A DNA stretch of 32,000 bases from Bacteroidota bacterium (GCA_018267215.1 JAFDYX010000024.1:73240-105239); one strand, 5' to 3'. Counted from the stretch's first letter, positions 20,699-28,892 are shown. Notes: generated by a model not told the origin, from the sequence alone. A program made the numbers and translations.

Positions 20699-21283
20699 AT
20701 GAACAAGCTGAGGTTATCTTTCATCGTTGTGGGTATAACGCTCTCTTTGATTAGTGATGCGCAACATACCGTGCCCGAAAAAGGAAAATTAAAAATTGAA
20801 TTGATGAAAGTGATGAAGGCCGATTCGCTCGATAAGCATCTACTGTTTAGAAACGCCTTAAAATTTGTTGCCAACTTGAAAAACTTGGATGAACAATTTG
20901 AATTGAAGTTAAAAGATTCGGTAGAAGGAAAACTATACGGGCAGTCCACATTTTTTGTATATGCCCAAGCTGGTATCTTAAAGAAAATATCAGGGACAAT
21001 TACTTATCAGATTTCCATTGAAGTAAAAGACCATAAATATCGCTATTGCTTTACTGATTTTGTTTTTCACTATTTCAAACAAGATCGTTATTACAAGATG
21101 GTGGCTACCGGAAAAACCAAAATGCTGGAAGAACAGCGTGCGCCCGGCTGGCAAAAATTGTGGGCTGCTCATCGTGCCACGGTTATCAATAAAATGAAAG
21201 CCAATGACAAAAACATTGAATTGACAATGGCAGAAGATGTTAGGAAAGTGGCAAAAATTGTAGCCAAAAAAATTGAATGGTAA
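20699..21283 (+). CDS. Hypothetical secreted protein (possibly DUF4468/TBP-like-fold family)
   Basis: 194 aa. Signal peptide MNKLRLSFIVVGITLSLISDAQ. The segment ITYQISIEVKDHKYRYCFTDFVFHY resembles DUF4468 proteins from memory only. Confidence 0.5.
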   Translation: MNKLRLSFIVVGITLSLISDAQHTVPEKGKLKIELMKVMKADSLDKHLLFRNALKFVANLKNLDEQFELKLKDSVEGKLYGQSTFFVYAQAGILKKISGTITYQISIEVKDHKYRYCFTDFVFHYFKQDRYYKMVATGKTKMLEEQRAPGWQKLWAAHRATVINKMKANDKNIELTMAEDVRKVAKIVAKKIEW

Positions 21284-21337
21284 GGGCACGTTACACTGAT
21301 AAGTAATCAGAAATTTACTGGATCGCTTTTTTAGAAT

Positions 21338-21361
21338 TTTTTGTAACGAGCATTACAAAAA
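21338..21361. terminator. AT-rich hairpin, weak candidate terminator after the 20699-21283 gene
   Basis: TTTTTGTAA (21338-21346) pairs perfectly with TTACAAAAA (21353-21361), with a 6-nt loop CGAGCA. All but two pairs are A-T, so stability is low. Confidence 0.2.
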
Positions 21362-21436
21362 TATTCTTTCGGGCTGGCCGGATTTGCAATCACTTAGCTA
21401 TCTTTAAGAGTTTTTATAAATACAAAAAGAGAAGTG

Positions 21437-22453
21437 ATGTTGCCATTTTCGCGAAACAACTTAGCCATTGACTTGGGCAATAATAATACACTGCTGACAG
21501 ACGAAAGCCGGGTTTTGTTTTCGCAACCTTCTTTTATTGTTTTTGATGCCGAAAACCAGTCGGTGAAGGCCGTAGGAAATGAAGCATTTACTATTTTCGA
21601 AAAGAACCACAATCAACTGAAGCCGGTGAAGCCCCTGCAGTGGGGCGTTATTGCCGATTATAATTCCGCCTCGGTAATGGTCAATAAAATGGTGAGGCAA
21701 GTGCATGCCCACAAGTGGTTCAACGGGTTTGATCATATTATCTCCGGCATTCCCTATTATGCTACTGAGGTAGAAAGACGTGCCCTGCGCGACCTGCTCG
21801 ATCAGTTTCCGGCCAGGCGGAAACATCTTTTCTTTGAGCCTTTGGCAGCGGCAGTGGGCATAGGTCTGAACATCAGCGAGCCCGATGGAAAAATGGTGGT
21901 GGACATAGGCGGAGGCATAACCGAAATAGTCATCATCTCGCTGTCGGGCGTGGCTGTCTTTCGTTCGCTTAAAGTGGCAGGCGATGCGATGACCACAGAA
22001 ATTCAAGACTGGTTTAGAAGAAACTATAACTTAGTGATCGGCTGGAAAACGGCCGAACAAATAAAAATACAAACAGGCGCGGCCTTACCCTTGCTTTCGG
22101 AGAAACCCGCACCCATTCGGGTAACAGGAAAAGATGTGGTGGAAGGAGTCCCTACCGTGCGCGAAGTGAACTACACTGATGTAGCCGCCATGCTTAACAA
22201 ATCCATCGGCTCGATAGAGGAGAGTATTATTCAAACACTGGAAGTATGCCCACCCGAACTGGCGGCTGATATTTACCAAAACGGAATTTACCTGACCGGA
22301 GGCACAGCACTATTGCGCGGGCTGAAAGAACGCCTGCAAAAAAATATTCAAGTTCCAGTCCACCTGGATACAGAACCTTTGTTATCGGTCGGCAAAGGTA
22401 TTTCCCGCGCATTGCGGGAGCCGGAAAAATTTAAGCCTGTTTTGTTTGACTAA
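21437..22453 (+). CDS. MreB/Mbl-family actin-like ATPase, divergent orphan paralog
   Basis: Collinear with E. coli MreB along its whole length: AIDLGNNNT, ATEVERRAL, FEPLAAAVG, MVVDIGGGITEIVIISL, CPPELAADI, IYLTGGTALLRGL. The tracked start is GTG 21434; the ATG at 21437 is preferred. No mreC/mreD follows. Confidence 0.85.
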   Translation: MLPFSRNNLAIDLGNNNTLLTDESRVLFSQPSFIVFDAENQSVKAVGNEAFTIFEKNHNQLKPVKPLQWGVIADYNSASVMVNKMVRQVHAHKWFNGFDHIISGIPYYATEVERRALRDLLDQFPARRKHLFFEPLAAAVGIGLNISEPDGKMVVDIGGGITEIVIISLSGVAVFRSLKVAGDAMTTEIQDWFRRNYNLVIGWKTAEQIKIQTGAALPLLSEKPAPIRVTGKDVVEGVPTVREVNYTDVAAMLNKSIGSIEESIIQTLEVCPPELAADIYQNGIYLTGGTALLRGLKERLQKNIQVPVHLDTEPLLSVGKGISRALREPEKFKPVLFD

Positions 22454-22474
22454 AATAAAAACCGGTAAGCCGAT

Positions 22475-23368
22475 ATGAAGTTGCTTTATCCTGTTTCTTG
22501 GAAAGACTATGAACTGATTGACTCGGGCGAAGGTGAAAAACTGGAACGGTTTGGAAAATATATTTTGATCCGCCCCGAGCCACAAGCCATCTGGCGAAGA
22601 ACACTCGCAGAAAGCAAGTGGCAACAAATGGCACACGCCCATTTCAATCGAGAACAGAAAGATCACTTTCGTTTCGGTGATGAGGTAAAAGGTGGTTGGA
22701 AAAAACTACAACCGATACCCGATAGCTGGGATGTAAATTACAGTTACAAAGATTTGAGCCTCACGCTGCGATTGGCGCTCACCAGTTTTGGCCACGTAGG
22801 GATTTTCCCTGAACAGGGAGAAAACTGGAATTTTATTTTCGATACAGTCTCATCATGGAATAAAAAAGGCAGCCGTGTTTTAAATTTGTTTGCCTACACA
22901 GGCGCAGCATCGGTGGTGGCGCGCTCAGCCGGAGCCGAGGTTACGCATTGTGATGCATCGCGGCCGGGCTTGAATTGGGCAAACCAAAATAGGCAACAAA
23001 ACCACCTCGACAACATACGCTGGGTGTATGAAGATGCACTTAAGTTTGTCAGGCGCGAAGCTAAGCGCGGCAATAAGTACAGCGGCATCATCATGGATCC
23101 GCCACCTTATGGGCGAGGACCTGACGGAGAGAAGTGGACGCTTCAAGAAAAATTAGATGAGTTGATTTCGCTCAGTCGAGAACTGTTGGAGCCTCAGCAA
23201 TGTTTTTTTATTCTTTCTATGTACGCAGTGGGGCTTTCGGCAACTGTTGGTTTGAATGTGGTGCGTACTCATTTCAAAAACTTCGAAGAAGAATATGGCG
23301 AATTTTTTCTGAAGCCTAAAACCGGAAACGACCTGCCGATGGGCACGTTTGTACGTTTCCGAGGTTAA
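22475..23368 (+). CDS. Class I SAM-dependent methyltransferase, RlmI/RlmK-like (PF10672-type)
   Basis: 297 aa. VLNLFAYTGAASVVARSAGA (SAM motif I), THCDASR, and YSGIIMDPPPYGRG (the DPPxY/F catalytic-type motif). Confidence 0.75.
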   Translation: MKLLYPVSWKDYELIDSGEGEKLERFGKYILIRPEPQAIWRRTLAESKWQQMAHAHFNREQKDHFRFGDEVKGGWKKLQPIPDSWDVNYSYKDLSLTLRLALTSFGHVGIFPEQGENWNFIFDTVSSWNKKGSRVLNLFAYTGAASVVARSAGAEVTHCDASRPGLNWANQNRQQNHLDNIRWVYEDALKFVRREAKRGNKYSGIIMDPPPYGRGPDGEKWTLQEKLDELISLSRELLEPQQCFFILSMYAVGLSATVGLNVVRTHFKNFEEEYGEFFLKPKTGNDLPMGTFVRFRG

Positions 23369-23445
23369 TTCACTACAAACAATTACCCGGGTATTTTGTG
23401 AGAAAGTAAGTTTTGCCCATATTTGCACCCCCAAGTTTCATGCAA

Positions 23446-23527
23446 GCCTAAGTGGCGGAACTGGTAGACGCGCACGACTCAAAATCGTGTACCGAAAGGT
23501 GTGCCGGTTCGATTCCGGCCTTGGGTA
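23446..23527 (+). tRNA. tRNA-Leu (anticodon CAA), type II with long variable arm; CCA not encoded
   Basis: Manual fold. Acceptor GCCTAAG pairs with CTTGGGT (two G-U pairs). D-arm GCGGAACTGGTAGACGC. Anticodon loop CTCAAAA. Variable arm TGTACCGAAAGGTGT. T-arm GCCGG-TTCGATT-CCGGC. Discriminator A at 23527. Confidence 0.9.
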
Positions 23528-23628
23528 CAAAGCCTTCAGAATTTTTTGGAGGCTTTTTTATTTTTATAGAATGGTGATGTGGCACGTCTATGTTCTTCGA
23601 AGTGAAAAAGACAACCTGAGGTACGTGG
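23516..23628 (+). repeat. Direct repeat copy A (tRNA 3' end + terminator + first 19 codons of the GIY-YIG gene)
   Basis: Identical to 23880-23993 except for one extra T in the T-run of copy B. The repeat begins at CGGCCTTGGGTACAAAGCC, inside the tRNA T-stem/acceptor stem. Confidence 0.9.
23529..23566 (+). terminator. Intrinsic terminator immediately after tRNA-Leu
   Basis: AGCCTTC (23531-23537) pairs with GGAGGCT (23548-23554), 7 bp including one G-U, with a 10-nt loop, followed by TTTTTTATTTTT. Confidence 0.6.
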
Positions 23629-23834
23629 GCATGACCCAAGACCTTGAGCGCAGACTGCACGAGCACAATGCAGGAAGATCGCGCTTTACGTCAGCGCATA
23701 GACCATGGAAGTTGGTTTATGCCGAAGTTTTTGCCACACCCGTGGAGGCGAGAAGCCGGGAGAAATATTTTAAAAGTGCGGCAGGGAAGAGATACGTGGA
23801 CAAAAAATTAAGTGCCGGTTCCCTGCCCGACTGA
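23571..23834 (+). CDS. Small GIY-YIG (URI-domain) nuclease family protein
   Basis: 87 aa from the ATG at 23571: MVMWHVYVLRSEKDNLRYVGMTQDLERRLHEHNAG...EARSREKYFKS. It carries the Y..(GIY), YVG(YIG), Arg, H/N and Glu elements. The longer tracked ORF (from 23349) reads through the tRNA and is rejected. Confidence 0.8.
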   Translation: MVMWHVYVLRSEKDNLRYVGMTQDLERRLHEHNAGRSRFTSAHRPWKLVYAEVFATPVEARSREKYFKSAAGKRYVDKKLSAGSLPD

Positions 23835-23879
23835 CATCGGTCAGGCGGGGATTCCCTGCTCGCTCACGCAGCAGGCGAG

Positions 23880-23993
23880 CGGCCTTGGGTACAAAGCCTT
23901 CAGAATTTTTTGGAGGCTTTTTTATTTTTTATAGAATGGTGATGTGGCACGTCTATGTTCTTCGAAGTGAAAAAGACAACCTGAGGTACGTGG
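23880..23993 (+). repeat. Direct repeat copy B (orphan tRNA-Leu 3' fragment + terminator + GIY-YIG 5' end)
   Basis: See copy A; the repeat period is 364/365 bp. The upstream flank (GCTCGC-N11-GCGAGC hairpin at 23864-23880) is unrelated to the tRNA body. Confidence 0.9.
23893..23931 (+). terminator. Second copy of the tRNA-type terminator hairpin
   Basis: Same AGCCTTC/GGAGGCT stem (23895-23918) plus a T-run, as part of repeat copy B. It would terminate the intact GIY-YIG gene. Confidence 0.5.
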
Positions 23994-24149
23994 ACATCAC
24001 TCAGGATATTGAACGAAGGCTTGCCGAACATTATGCTGGGAGATCGCGCTTTACTTCCACGGACTTGTCTTGGAAGTTAGGTTATGGCAAACCTTCGCAG
24101 GCCCAATGTAGATGAGAAGAAGATAAATTTTACCTCTCAAGGTGCCTGA
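23936..24149 (+). pseudogene. Decayed, frameshifted GIY-YIG gene copy
   Basis: The first 19 codons are identical to the intact copy, then it diverges (YVG becomes YVD, EHN becomes EHY). The reading frame stops at 24113-24115 after 59 aa. The C-terminal helix equivalent (PNVDEKKINFTSQGA versus PVEARSREKYFKSAAG) continues in the +1 frame to the TGA at 24147-24149. It overlaps the 3' end of the convergent AhpD-like gene. Confidence 0.7.
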
Positions 24150-24580
24150 TAAAGCTGCTTGGTAGATACCGCTATCCGGTTCCAAAAATTTATTTGATTG
24201 ATGAGAATAATAATTTGGGCAATCTGGTTGTCGGTATAGTGTGCTTGCATATTTTGAAAAACAGCATCGGATACACCGTGTTCTGCTATTTTTGTTACTT
24301 CTTCTGCAAAGGAAAGTACTGCGCGCTCGGCTTCTGTAAAATAGGGGCTTTCCTCCCATGCCGCCAGGGCATGCATCCGTTGCTCGGTTTCACCCGCTGC
24401 CCGGGCTTCAATAGTATGCATTTCCAAACAATAGGCACATTTGTTGATTTGCGAAGCTCTTATTTTTATCAGCTTCTGAAGGCGCACGGGCAGGCCGGTG
24501 GCTGCCAAATATTTTTCCATGGTAATCAATATTTCGTAAGCCTTGGGCTCAAGCTGTTTGACGTTGAGGCGTTGTTTCAT
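24137..24580 (-). CDS. Carboxymuconolactone decarboxylase / AhpD-like family protein
   Basis: 147 aa. IRASQINKCAYCLEMH contains the AhpD-core CxxC-type motif. A second half-repeat follows (FTEAERAVLSFAEEVT). Confidence 0.8.
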   Translation of the reverse strand: MKQRLNVKQLEPKAYEILITMEKYLAATGLPVRLQKLIKIRASQINKCAYCLEMHTIEARAAGETEQRMHALAAWEESPYFTEAERAVLSFAEEVTKIAEHGVSDAVFQNMQAHYTDNQIAQIIILINQINFWNRIAVSTKQLYQAP

Positions 24581-24609
24581 GACTCTATTTTTTTAGTGGA
24601 CGGATTATT

Positions 24610-25473
24610 TTATTTCAATGTATTCCATTGGCTTTTGCCGATCAGTGCTTTGAGGTAATCGGATGTAACTTCATTGCCGGTGATTTCATCTAAGCCTTCG
24701 TCATTTTTTAATTGCTCTGCTAATTTCTTCATAGCCTGGAGGGCGATTTTTAAAAACGAAGGTCCCAAACTTACCCGGGTTACTCCGATTTGTTTCAGTG
24801 TCTTTAACTCCGGGATGCCGGGCAGTGTCAAAATATTTACCGGCATACGAAGTTGCTCTACCGCAGTTTTGATGTGATGAAAATCCTTCATTACAATGGG
24901 GTAGAAGCAATGAGCGCCTGCTTCTTTGTAGGCTTTTCCTCTTGCCAGAGTTTCTTGTAATTTTTCGCCAGTGGTAAATGGATTGTCGCAGATATAAACG
25001 TCTGTTCTGGCATTGATGAATAACGGAATACCTTTTTTTTCTGAAACTTGTTTGATCAGTCTGATTTTTTCGCACTGAACTGCCGTAGGCAGCAAGAGGT
25101 TTGTTTTTTTGTCTGTATCCTCGATGTTAATGCCAACAATACCCGCATCTATCAGGTTGCTGATATTTTCTTCTAACTGCGCAAGGTTATCGGCATATCC
25201 TTTTTCAATGTCAGCGCTGACCGGCACGGATACTGATTGGGCGATCCGTGCAAGTTGAGGTAAGACATCTTCGAATGAAATATTTTCCCCATCAGCATAT
25301 CCGTTGGTATAAGCCAGAGAAGCGCTGGCAGTAGCTATGGCCGGGTAACCTAAATCTTCCAACAACAAAGCGCCCAGCGGCTCCCATATATTAGGCAGCA
25401 TCAACAACTTATCTGTTTGATGCAGTTTAAAAAATAATTCAGCTTTTCTTTTTTGGTCTGAGAAATTGCTCAT
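24610..25473 (-). CDS. Isocitrate lyase / PEP mutase superfamily protein (2-methylisocitrate lyase-like; substrate unknown)
   Basis: 287 aa. MLPNIWEPLGA...IATASASLAY..., VSADIEKGYA, GINIEDT, INARTD: the typical ICL/PEPM TIM-barrel motifs. Lies 29 nt upstream of the AhpD-like gene, so they are probably one operon. Confidence 0.8.
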   Translation of the reverse strand: MSNFSDQKRKAELFFKLHQTDKLLMLPNIWEPLGALLLEDLGYPAIATASASLAYTNGYADGENISFEDVLPQLARIAQSVSVPVSADIEKGYADNLAQLEENISNLIDAGIVGINIEDTDKKTNLLLPTAVQCEKIRLIKQVSEKKGIPLFINARTDVYICDNPFTTGEKLQETLARGKAYKEAGAHCFYPIVMKDFHHIKTAVEQLRMPVNILTLPGIPELKTLKQIGVTRVSLGPSFLKIALQAMKKLAEQLKNDEGLDEITGNEVTSDYLKALIGKSQWNTLK

Positions 25474-25636
25474 GGTTGTGTCGGGCTATAACAAGAGGAT
25501 CAAAAATAGATAATTGACGATTAGAAAAATGGTATTTATCCTTGACAGGCACGAAGGATTTGGTAGGCGGCATACAGCAGAGCCCGGTGGTACATGGCAC
25601 AAGCAGATTTGTTACCTTGCATAAATTTTTTTGCAC

Positions 25637-27007
25637 ATGATTTACAACAACATCGTAGAAACCATAGGCAACACCCCACTGGTACGCCTTAATAAATTAG
25701 GAAGAGGCATAGCCGGCACCCTGCTGGCCAAAGTAGAATACTTTAACCCCGGCAACAGCACCAAAGACCGGATGGCGCTTAAGATGATTGAAGATGCCGA
25801 GAAAGAAGGGAAGCTGAAGCCGGGCGGCACGATCATCGAAGGAACTTCCGGCAACACAGGTATGGGCCTGGCGCTGACGGCTGTGGCCAAAGGCTACAAA
25901 TGTATTTTTACCATGGCCGACAAACAATCGCAAGAGAAGATCAATATCCTGCGGGCAGTAGGGGCAGAGGTAATTGTGTGCCCCACCAACGTAGAACCGG
26001 ACGACCCGCGTTCATATTATTCGGTGGCCAGAAAACTAAACAAAGAAATTCCCAATTCCATTTATCCTAATCAATACGATAACCCTTCGAATGCGAGGGC
26101 ACATTATGAAACCACCGGCCCTGAAATTTGGAATCAAACCGGAGGGAAGATCACACACTATGTAGCCACCGTGGGAACGGGCGGCTCCATGTGCGGCACG
26201 GCAAAATTTTTGAAAGAAAAAAATCCAAGCTTGGTGGCCGTGGGAATTGATACGTACGGCTCTGTATTTAAGAAATACAAAGAGACGGGCATTTTCGATC
26301 GCAATGAAATCTATCCCTACCTCACCGAAGGATTTGGTGAAGATATCTTGCCTAAAAATGTGGACTTTGAAGTCATTGACCAGTTTATTAAAGTAACAGA
26401 CAAAGACGGAGCCATTATGGCCCGCAGGCTGTCGCGCGAGGAGGGGATGTTTGTAGGCTGGAGCAGCGGCTCGGCCGTGCATGGTGCGCTGGAGTATGCC
26501 CGCGAGCATTTGAAAAAAAATGATATGATGGTGATTTTGTTGCCCGACCACGGCACGCGTTATTTAAACAAAGTGTATAACGATATGTGGATGAAAGATC
26601 ACGGCTTTTTGGAAGAACGGACTTTTTCTACCGCACGCGAAATCATTTTGAGCCGAAATGGAAAAGATGGGTTATTTACGGTAAGCAAAAAATCTACTAT
26701 CGGGGAAGCCATCCGCACGATGAACAAAGAAGGAGTAGATCAGATGCCTGTTGTAGAGGGTAAAGAATTTGTGGGCAGCGTAACCACTACCAGCCTGATT
26801 GAAAAAATAATCAGCGACCCCAACCTGAAAGATAAAATGGTAGGAGAGATCATGGACTCGCCCATGCAGGTAGTGGCTATTGACACTACGCTCGATGTGC
26901 TGTCGTCTATGTTGAACAAAAATAACCGGGCACTGCTGGTACGCGATGAGAATGAAAAAGCCCACATCATCACGCAGCACGATGTGCTCCGTGCGATGAC
27001 CAGCTAA
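25637..27007 (+). CDS. Cystathionine beta-synthase-type PLP enzyme (CysK/CysM fold + C-terminal CBS-domain pair)
   Basis: TIGNTPLVRL, NPGNSTKDRMAL (PLP lysine), EGTSGNTGMGLA, GTGGS. The C-terminus has two CBS motifs (...VDQMPVVEGKEFVGSV...; ...NRALLVRDENEKAHIITQHDVLRAM). The tracked start at 25631 is TTG; the ATG at 25637 is preferred. Confidence 0.88.
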   Translation: MIYNNIVETIGNTPLVRLNKLGRGIAGTLLAKVEYFNPGNSTKDRMALKMIEDAEKEGKLKPGGTIIEGTSGNTGMGLALTAVAKGYKCIFTMADKQSQEKINILRAVGAEVIVCPTNVEPDDPRSYYSVARKLNKEIPNSIYPNQYDNPSNARAHYETTGPEIWNQTGGKITHYVATVGTGGSMCGTAKFLKEKNPSLVAVGIDTYGSVFKKYKETGIFDRNEIYPYLTEGFGEDILPKNVDFEVIDQFIKVTDKDGAIMARRLSREEGMFVGWSSGSAVHGALEYAREHLKKNDMMVILLPDHGTRYLNKVYNDMWMKDHGFLEERTFSTAREIILSRNGKDGLFTVSKKSTIGEAIRTMNKEGVDQMPVVEGKEFVGSVTTTSLIEKIISDPNLKDKMVGEIMDSPMQVVAIDTTLDVLSSMLNKNNRALLVRDENEKAHIITQHDVLRAMTS

Positions 27008-27558
27008 TGAATGATAAAGTGATAGCCTACGGAAATACCAACAGGAGACAACGAATTTTTTAGTACGACACCCTGTGTTTTCAGGTAATTCGTGTAGTCA
27101 GTTACTTCATTGCTTCTGATCGGAATCATCAAGGCAACAGACCAATACCCGTTTCTCTTAAACCGAGGATGAGAATCAACACCTATTCCGATGGTAGGAG
27201 CATAAAAAAGTTTATTGTATTGCGTAGCATTGGTTACGGCTATGGCTGCATTATAGCCATACATCGCAATAAAGTATGGGTGAATTTTTGTTTGTGTGAT
27301 AATTCTGATTTTTGCCCCTGCGTTGAAGCCAAAGCCAGCCATAGCATATCCTCCTCCAAGAAACAAACCAACATTCTTATGAGGGTATGCTAACACATTT
27401 GCACCAAATCCACCATAATCAAAACCCACACCAATGCCGAAAGAGAGTTGGTCATTGATGTTTGCTTCGGGTGTAGTTCGAAAAGATTCTTGAGCAGCCA
27501 ATACACCAGTGCTCAGCATACATAAAGCCAATAATAATTTCTTGACAGGGGACATCAT
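27004..27558 (-). CDS. Hypothetical secreted protein, possible small outer-membrane beta-barrel
   Basis: 184 aa. Signal peptide MMSPVKKLLLALCMLSTGVLAAQ. Gly/aromatic-rich alternating segments (FGIGVGFDYGGFGANV, GLFLGGGYAMAGFGFNAG). Lies 11 nt downstream of the OmpA-like gene. Confidence 0.5.
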   Translation of the reverse strand: MMSPVKKLLLALCMLSTGVLAAQESFRTTPEANINDQLSFGIGVGFDYGGFGANVLAYPHKNVGLFLGGGYAMAGFGFNAGAKIRIITQTKIHPYFIAMYGYNAAIAVTNATQYNKLFYAPTIGIGVDSHPRFKRNGYWSVALMIPIRSNEVTDYTNYLKTQGVVLKNSLSPVGISVGYHFIIH

Positions 27559-27569
27559 TTTTTTAGAAT

Positions 27570-28748
27570 TTAATTTTTCACAAACTCAATCTCTACCCGA
27601 TCGTTGTATTGGCCGAGTGAGCCGCCTTCCGGATAAAGAGGAATCTTTCCTCCCTCGCCTTTGGTGGCAATACGCGAGGCATCAATTCCTTGTTGCACCA
27701 AATACATCTTCACAACTTCTGCCCGCTCTCTGGATAAATCTTTGGCTGAAAGTTTCCCTCGTTTATTCAATTTAGGGTCAACGGCAAAAAGGTTAGTGCC
27801 ACTCCCCAAGGTGGTGGCATCGCGGTCGCGTGTGCCGTTGCAATGGCCGTATATTTTGATTTTGTATTTCGTGTTTTCTTTCATCAAACTTACTAATCCA
27901 TCTAATTCATCTTTCGATTCCGGTTTCAGTAAAGAAGAATTGGCAATAAAGTGCACATTATTAAAATCAATATAATCGCCCCGCTTGGCTTTGTCGAGCG
28001 TCAGGGTGACAATGGTTTCACCCGTTGCTCCCTTTTCAAAAGTATTGTCGTTGTATGGAAATATGATGCTGCTCTCTTTGTAGCCTGGTACTTGCGCAGT
28101 AACCTGATAGGTTCCGTTTTTATTGTGGGGGGCTGTAACGTATATTATCTCGCCAATTTTTATAGACTGAAACTGGGTGGCACCGGTGCCTTCCTGCAGG
28201 TGCACGTTGCCGGTTAAATCTTTTCCATCTTTACTGACAGCCTTAAAATAAAAAGGTACGCCTTCGGGTTTTTTGACTTCTACCGGTGGTGGCTGCACTT
28301 TGGGCTTCAGGGCAGATGAATCAACCTTAGCAGGTTCTTCTTTCACTACGTTATTGGCCGGTGGTGTTATTTCAATGACAGGCTCTTTTACGGGTTCTTT
28401 CACAGGTTCTTTTACCGGCTCCTGAGGAGCTTTTTCCTCGCCCAGTTTTCCGATAAACACCCAGGTATCTTTGTGGTTGGTTTCTACTTTTGTTTTAATC
28501 AACAGATGAAATGCATCTTTTTTAATGTCTGTGTCTAAAATATAAACGTAGTACAATTGCCGTTGGGGCTGCAGGGCATAATGAGCTTCTTGCCCTTCTT
28601 TAGAAACCATTGCTGTATAGCGCTCGGCATTGCCAAGCACCCGAAAGGCACCCACCACTACATAGTATCGGTTGCTTTCTTGCGCCTCCATCCGGAAGGC
28701 AAACAAGGCTAAGCCCCAAAAAACAGCACAGATTTTTACAGTTTTCAT
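27570..28748 (-). CDS. OmpA-family protein with N-terminal SPOR-like domain, Pro-rich linker and CarboxypepD_reg-like domain
   Basis: 392 aa with a signal peptide. YYVVVGAFRVLGNAERY...YYVYI (SPOR-like). (EPVK)x3 linker. GTYQVTAQVPGYKESSIIF (Ig-like regulatory domain). C-terminal OmpA_C: NNVHFIANSSLLKPES...LSRERAEVVKMYLVQQGIDASRIATKGEG. Confidence 0.8.
   Translation of the reverse strand: MKTVKICAVFWGLALFAFRMEAQESNRYYVVVGAFRVLGNAERYTAMVSKEGQEAHYALQPQRQLYYVYILDTDIKKDAFHLLIKTKVETNHKDTWVFIGKLGEEKAPQEPVKEPVKEPVKEPVIEITPPANNVVKEEPAKVDSSALKPKVQPPPVEVKKPEGVPFYFKAVSKDGKDLTGNVHLQEGTGATQFQSIKIGEIIYVTAPHNKNGTYQVTAQVPGYKESSIIFPYNDNTFEKGATGETIVTLTLDKAKRGDYIDFNNVHFIANSSLLKPESKDELDGLVSLMKENTKYKIKIYGHCNGTRDRDATTLGSGTNLFAVDPKLNKRGKLSAKDLSRERAEVVKMYLVQQGIDASRIATKGEGGKIPLYPEGGSLGQYNDRVEIEFVKN
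28377..28421 (-). repeat. 12-nt in-frame tandem repeat encoding (EPVK)3-EPV in the OmpA-family protein linker
   Basis: The plus strand shows imperfect 12-mers (ggctcttttac / gggttctttcac / aggttcttttac). The protein reads QEPVKEPVKEPVKEPV at aa 109-124. Confidence 0.8.
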
Positions 28749-28852
28749 AGTCAGCCATTTCTATGTCAATATAGAAGATTTTCTTGAATGGTAACCGGAT
28801 TGCTTCAAAAAAGCGCAGGCCTGGCAAACTAAAAATAAATTAACTTTCAGGT

Positions 28853-28877
28853 GTAACAATCTGCCCGGCAGGGTGTC
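28853..28877 (+). promoter_or_regulatory. Candidate ECF-type autoregulated promoter (GTAAC-N16-GTCT)
   Basis: GTAAC at 28853-28857 and GTCT at 28874-28877 with a 16-nt spacer, 15 nt upstream of the sigma-factor ATG. The spacer contains the palindrome CTGCC-C-GGCAG. Motif assignment is generic for ECF sigmas and not specific. Confidence 0.25.
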
Positions 28878-28892
28878 TTGCCTTTGTAAACG

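Noticed and set aside
23349-23570. 5' extension of the GIY-YIG ORF (tracked as 161 aa from 23349) and the 23885 start of the second copy.
   Set aside because: The extensions read straight through the tRNA-Leu gene (or its fragment) and the terminator hairpin. The conserved protein begins at MVMWHVYVL (ATG 23571 / 23936).
23369-24149. A classical tRNA-linked genomic island or prophage remnant.
   Set aside because: There is no integrase, excisionase, transposase or cargo. The repeat unit is only 364 bp and contains just the GIY-YIG gene. It is described instead as a minimal cassette duplication.
25474-25636. Possible SAM/SAH-type riboswitch in the 160-nt divergent region upstream of the cystathionine beta-synthase gene.
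   Set aside because: I could not find the conserved cores of SAM-I, SAM-II or SAH elements, nor a convincing multi-helix fold by eye. A covariance-model scan (Rfam) would be needed to settle it.
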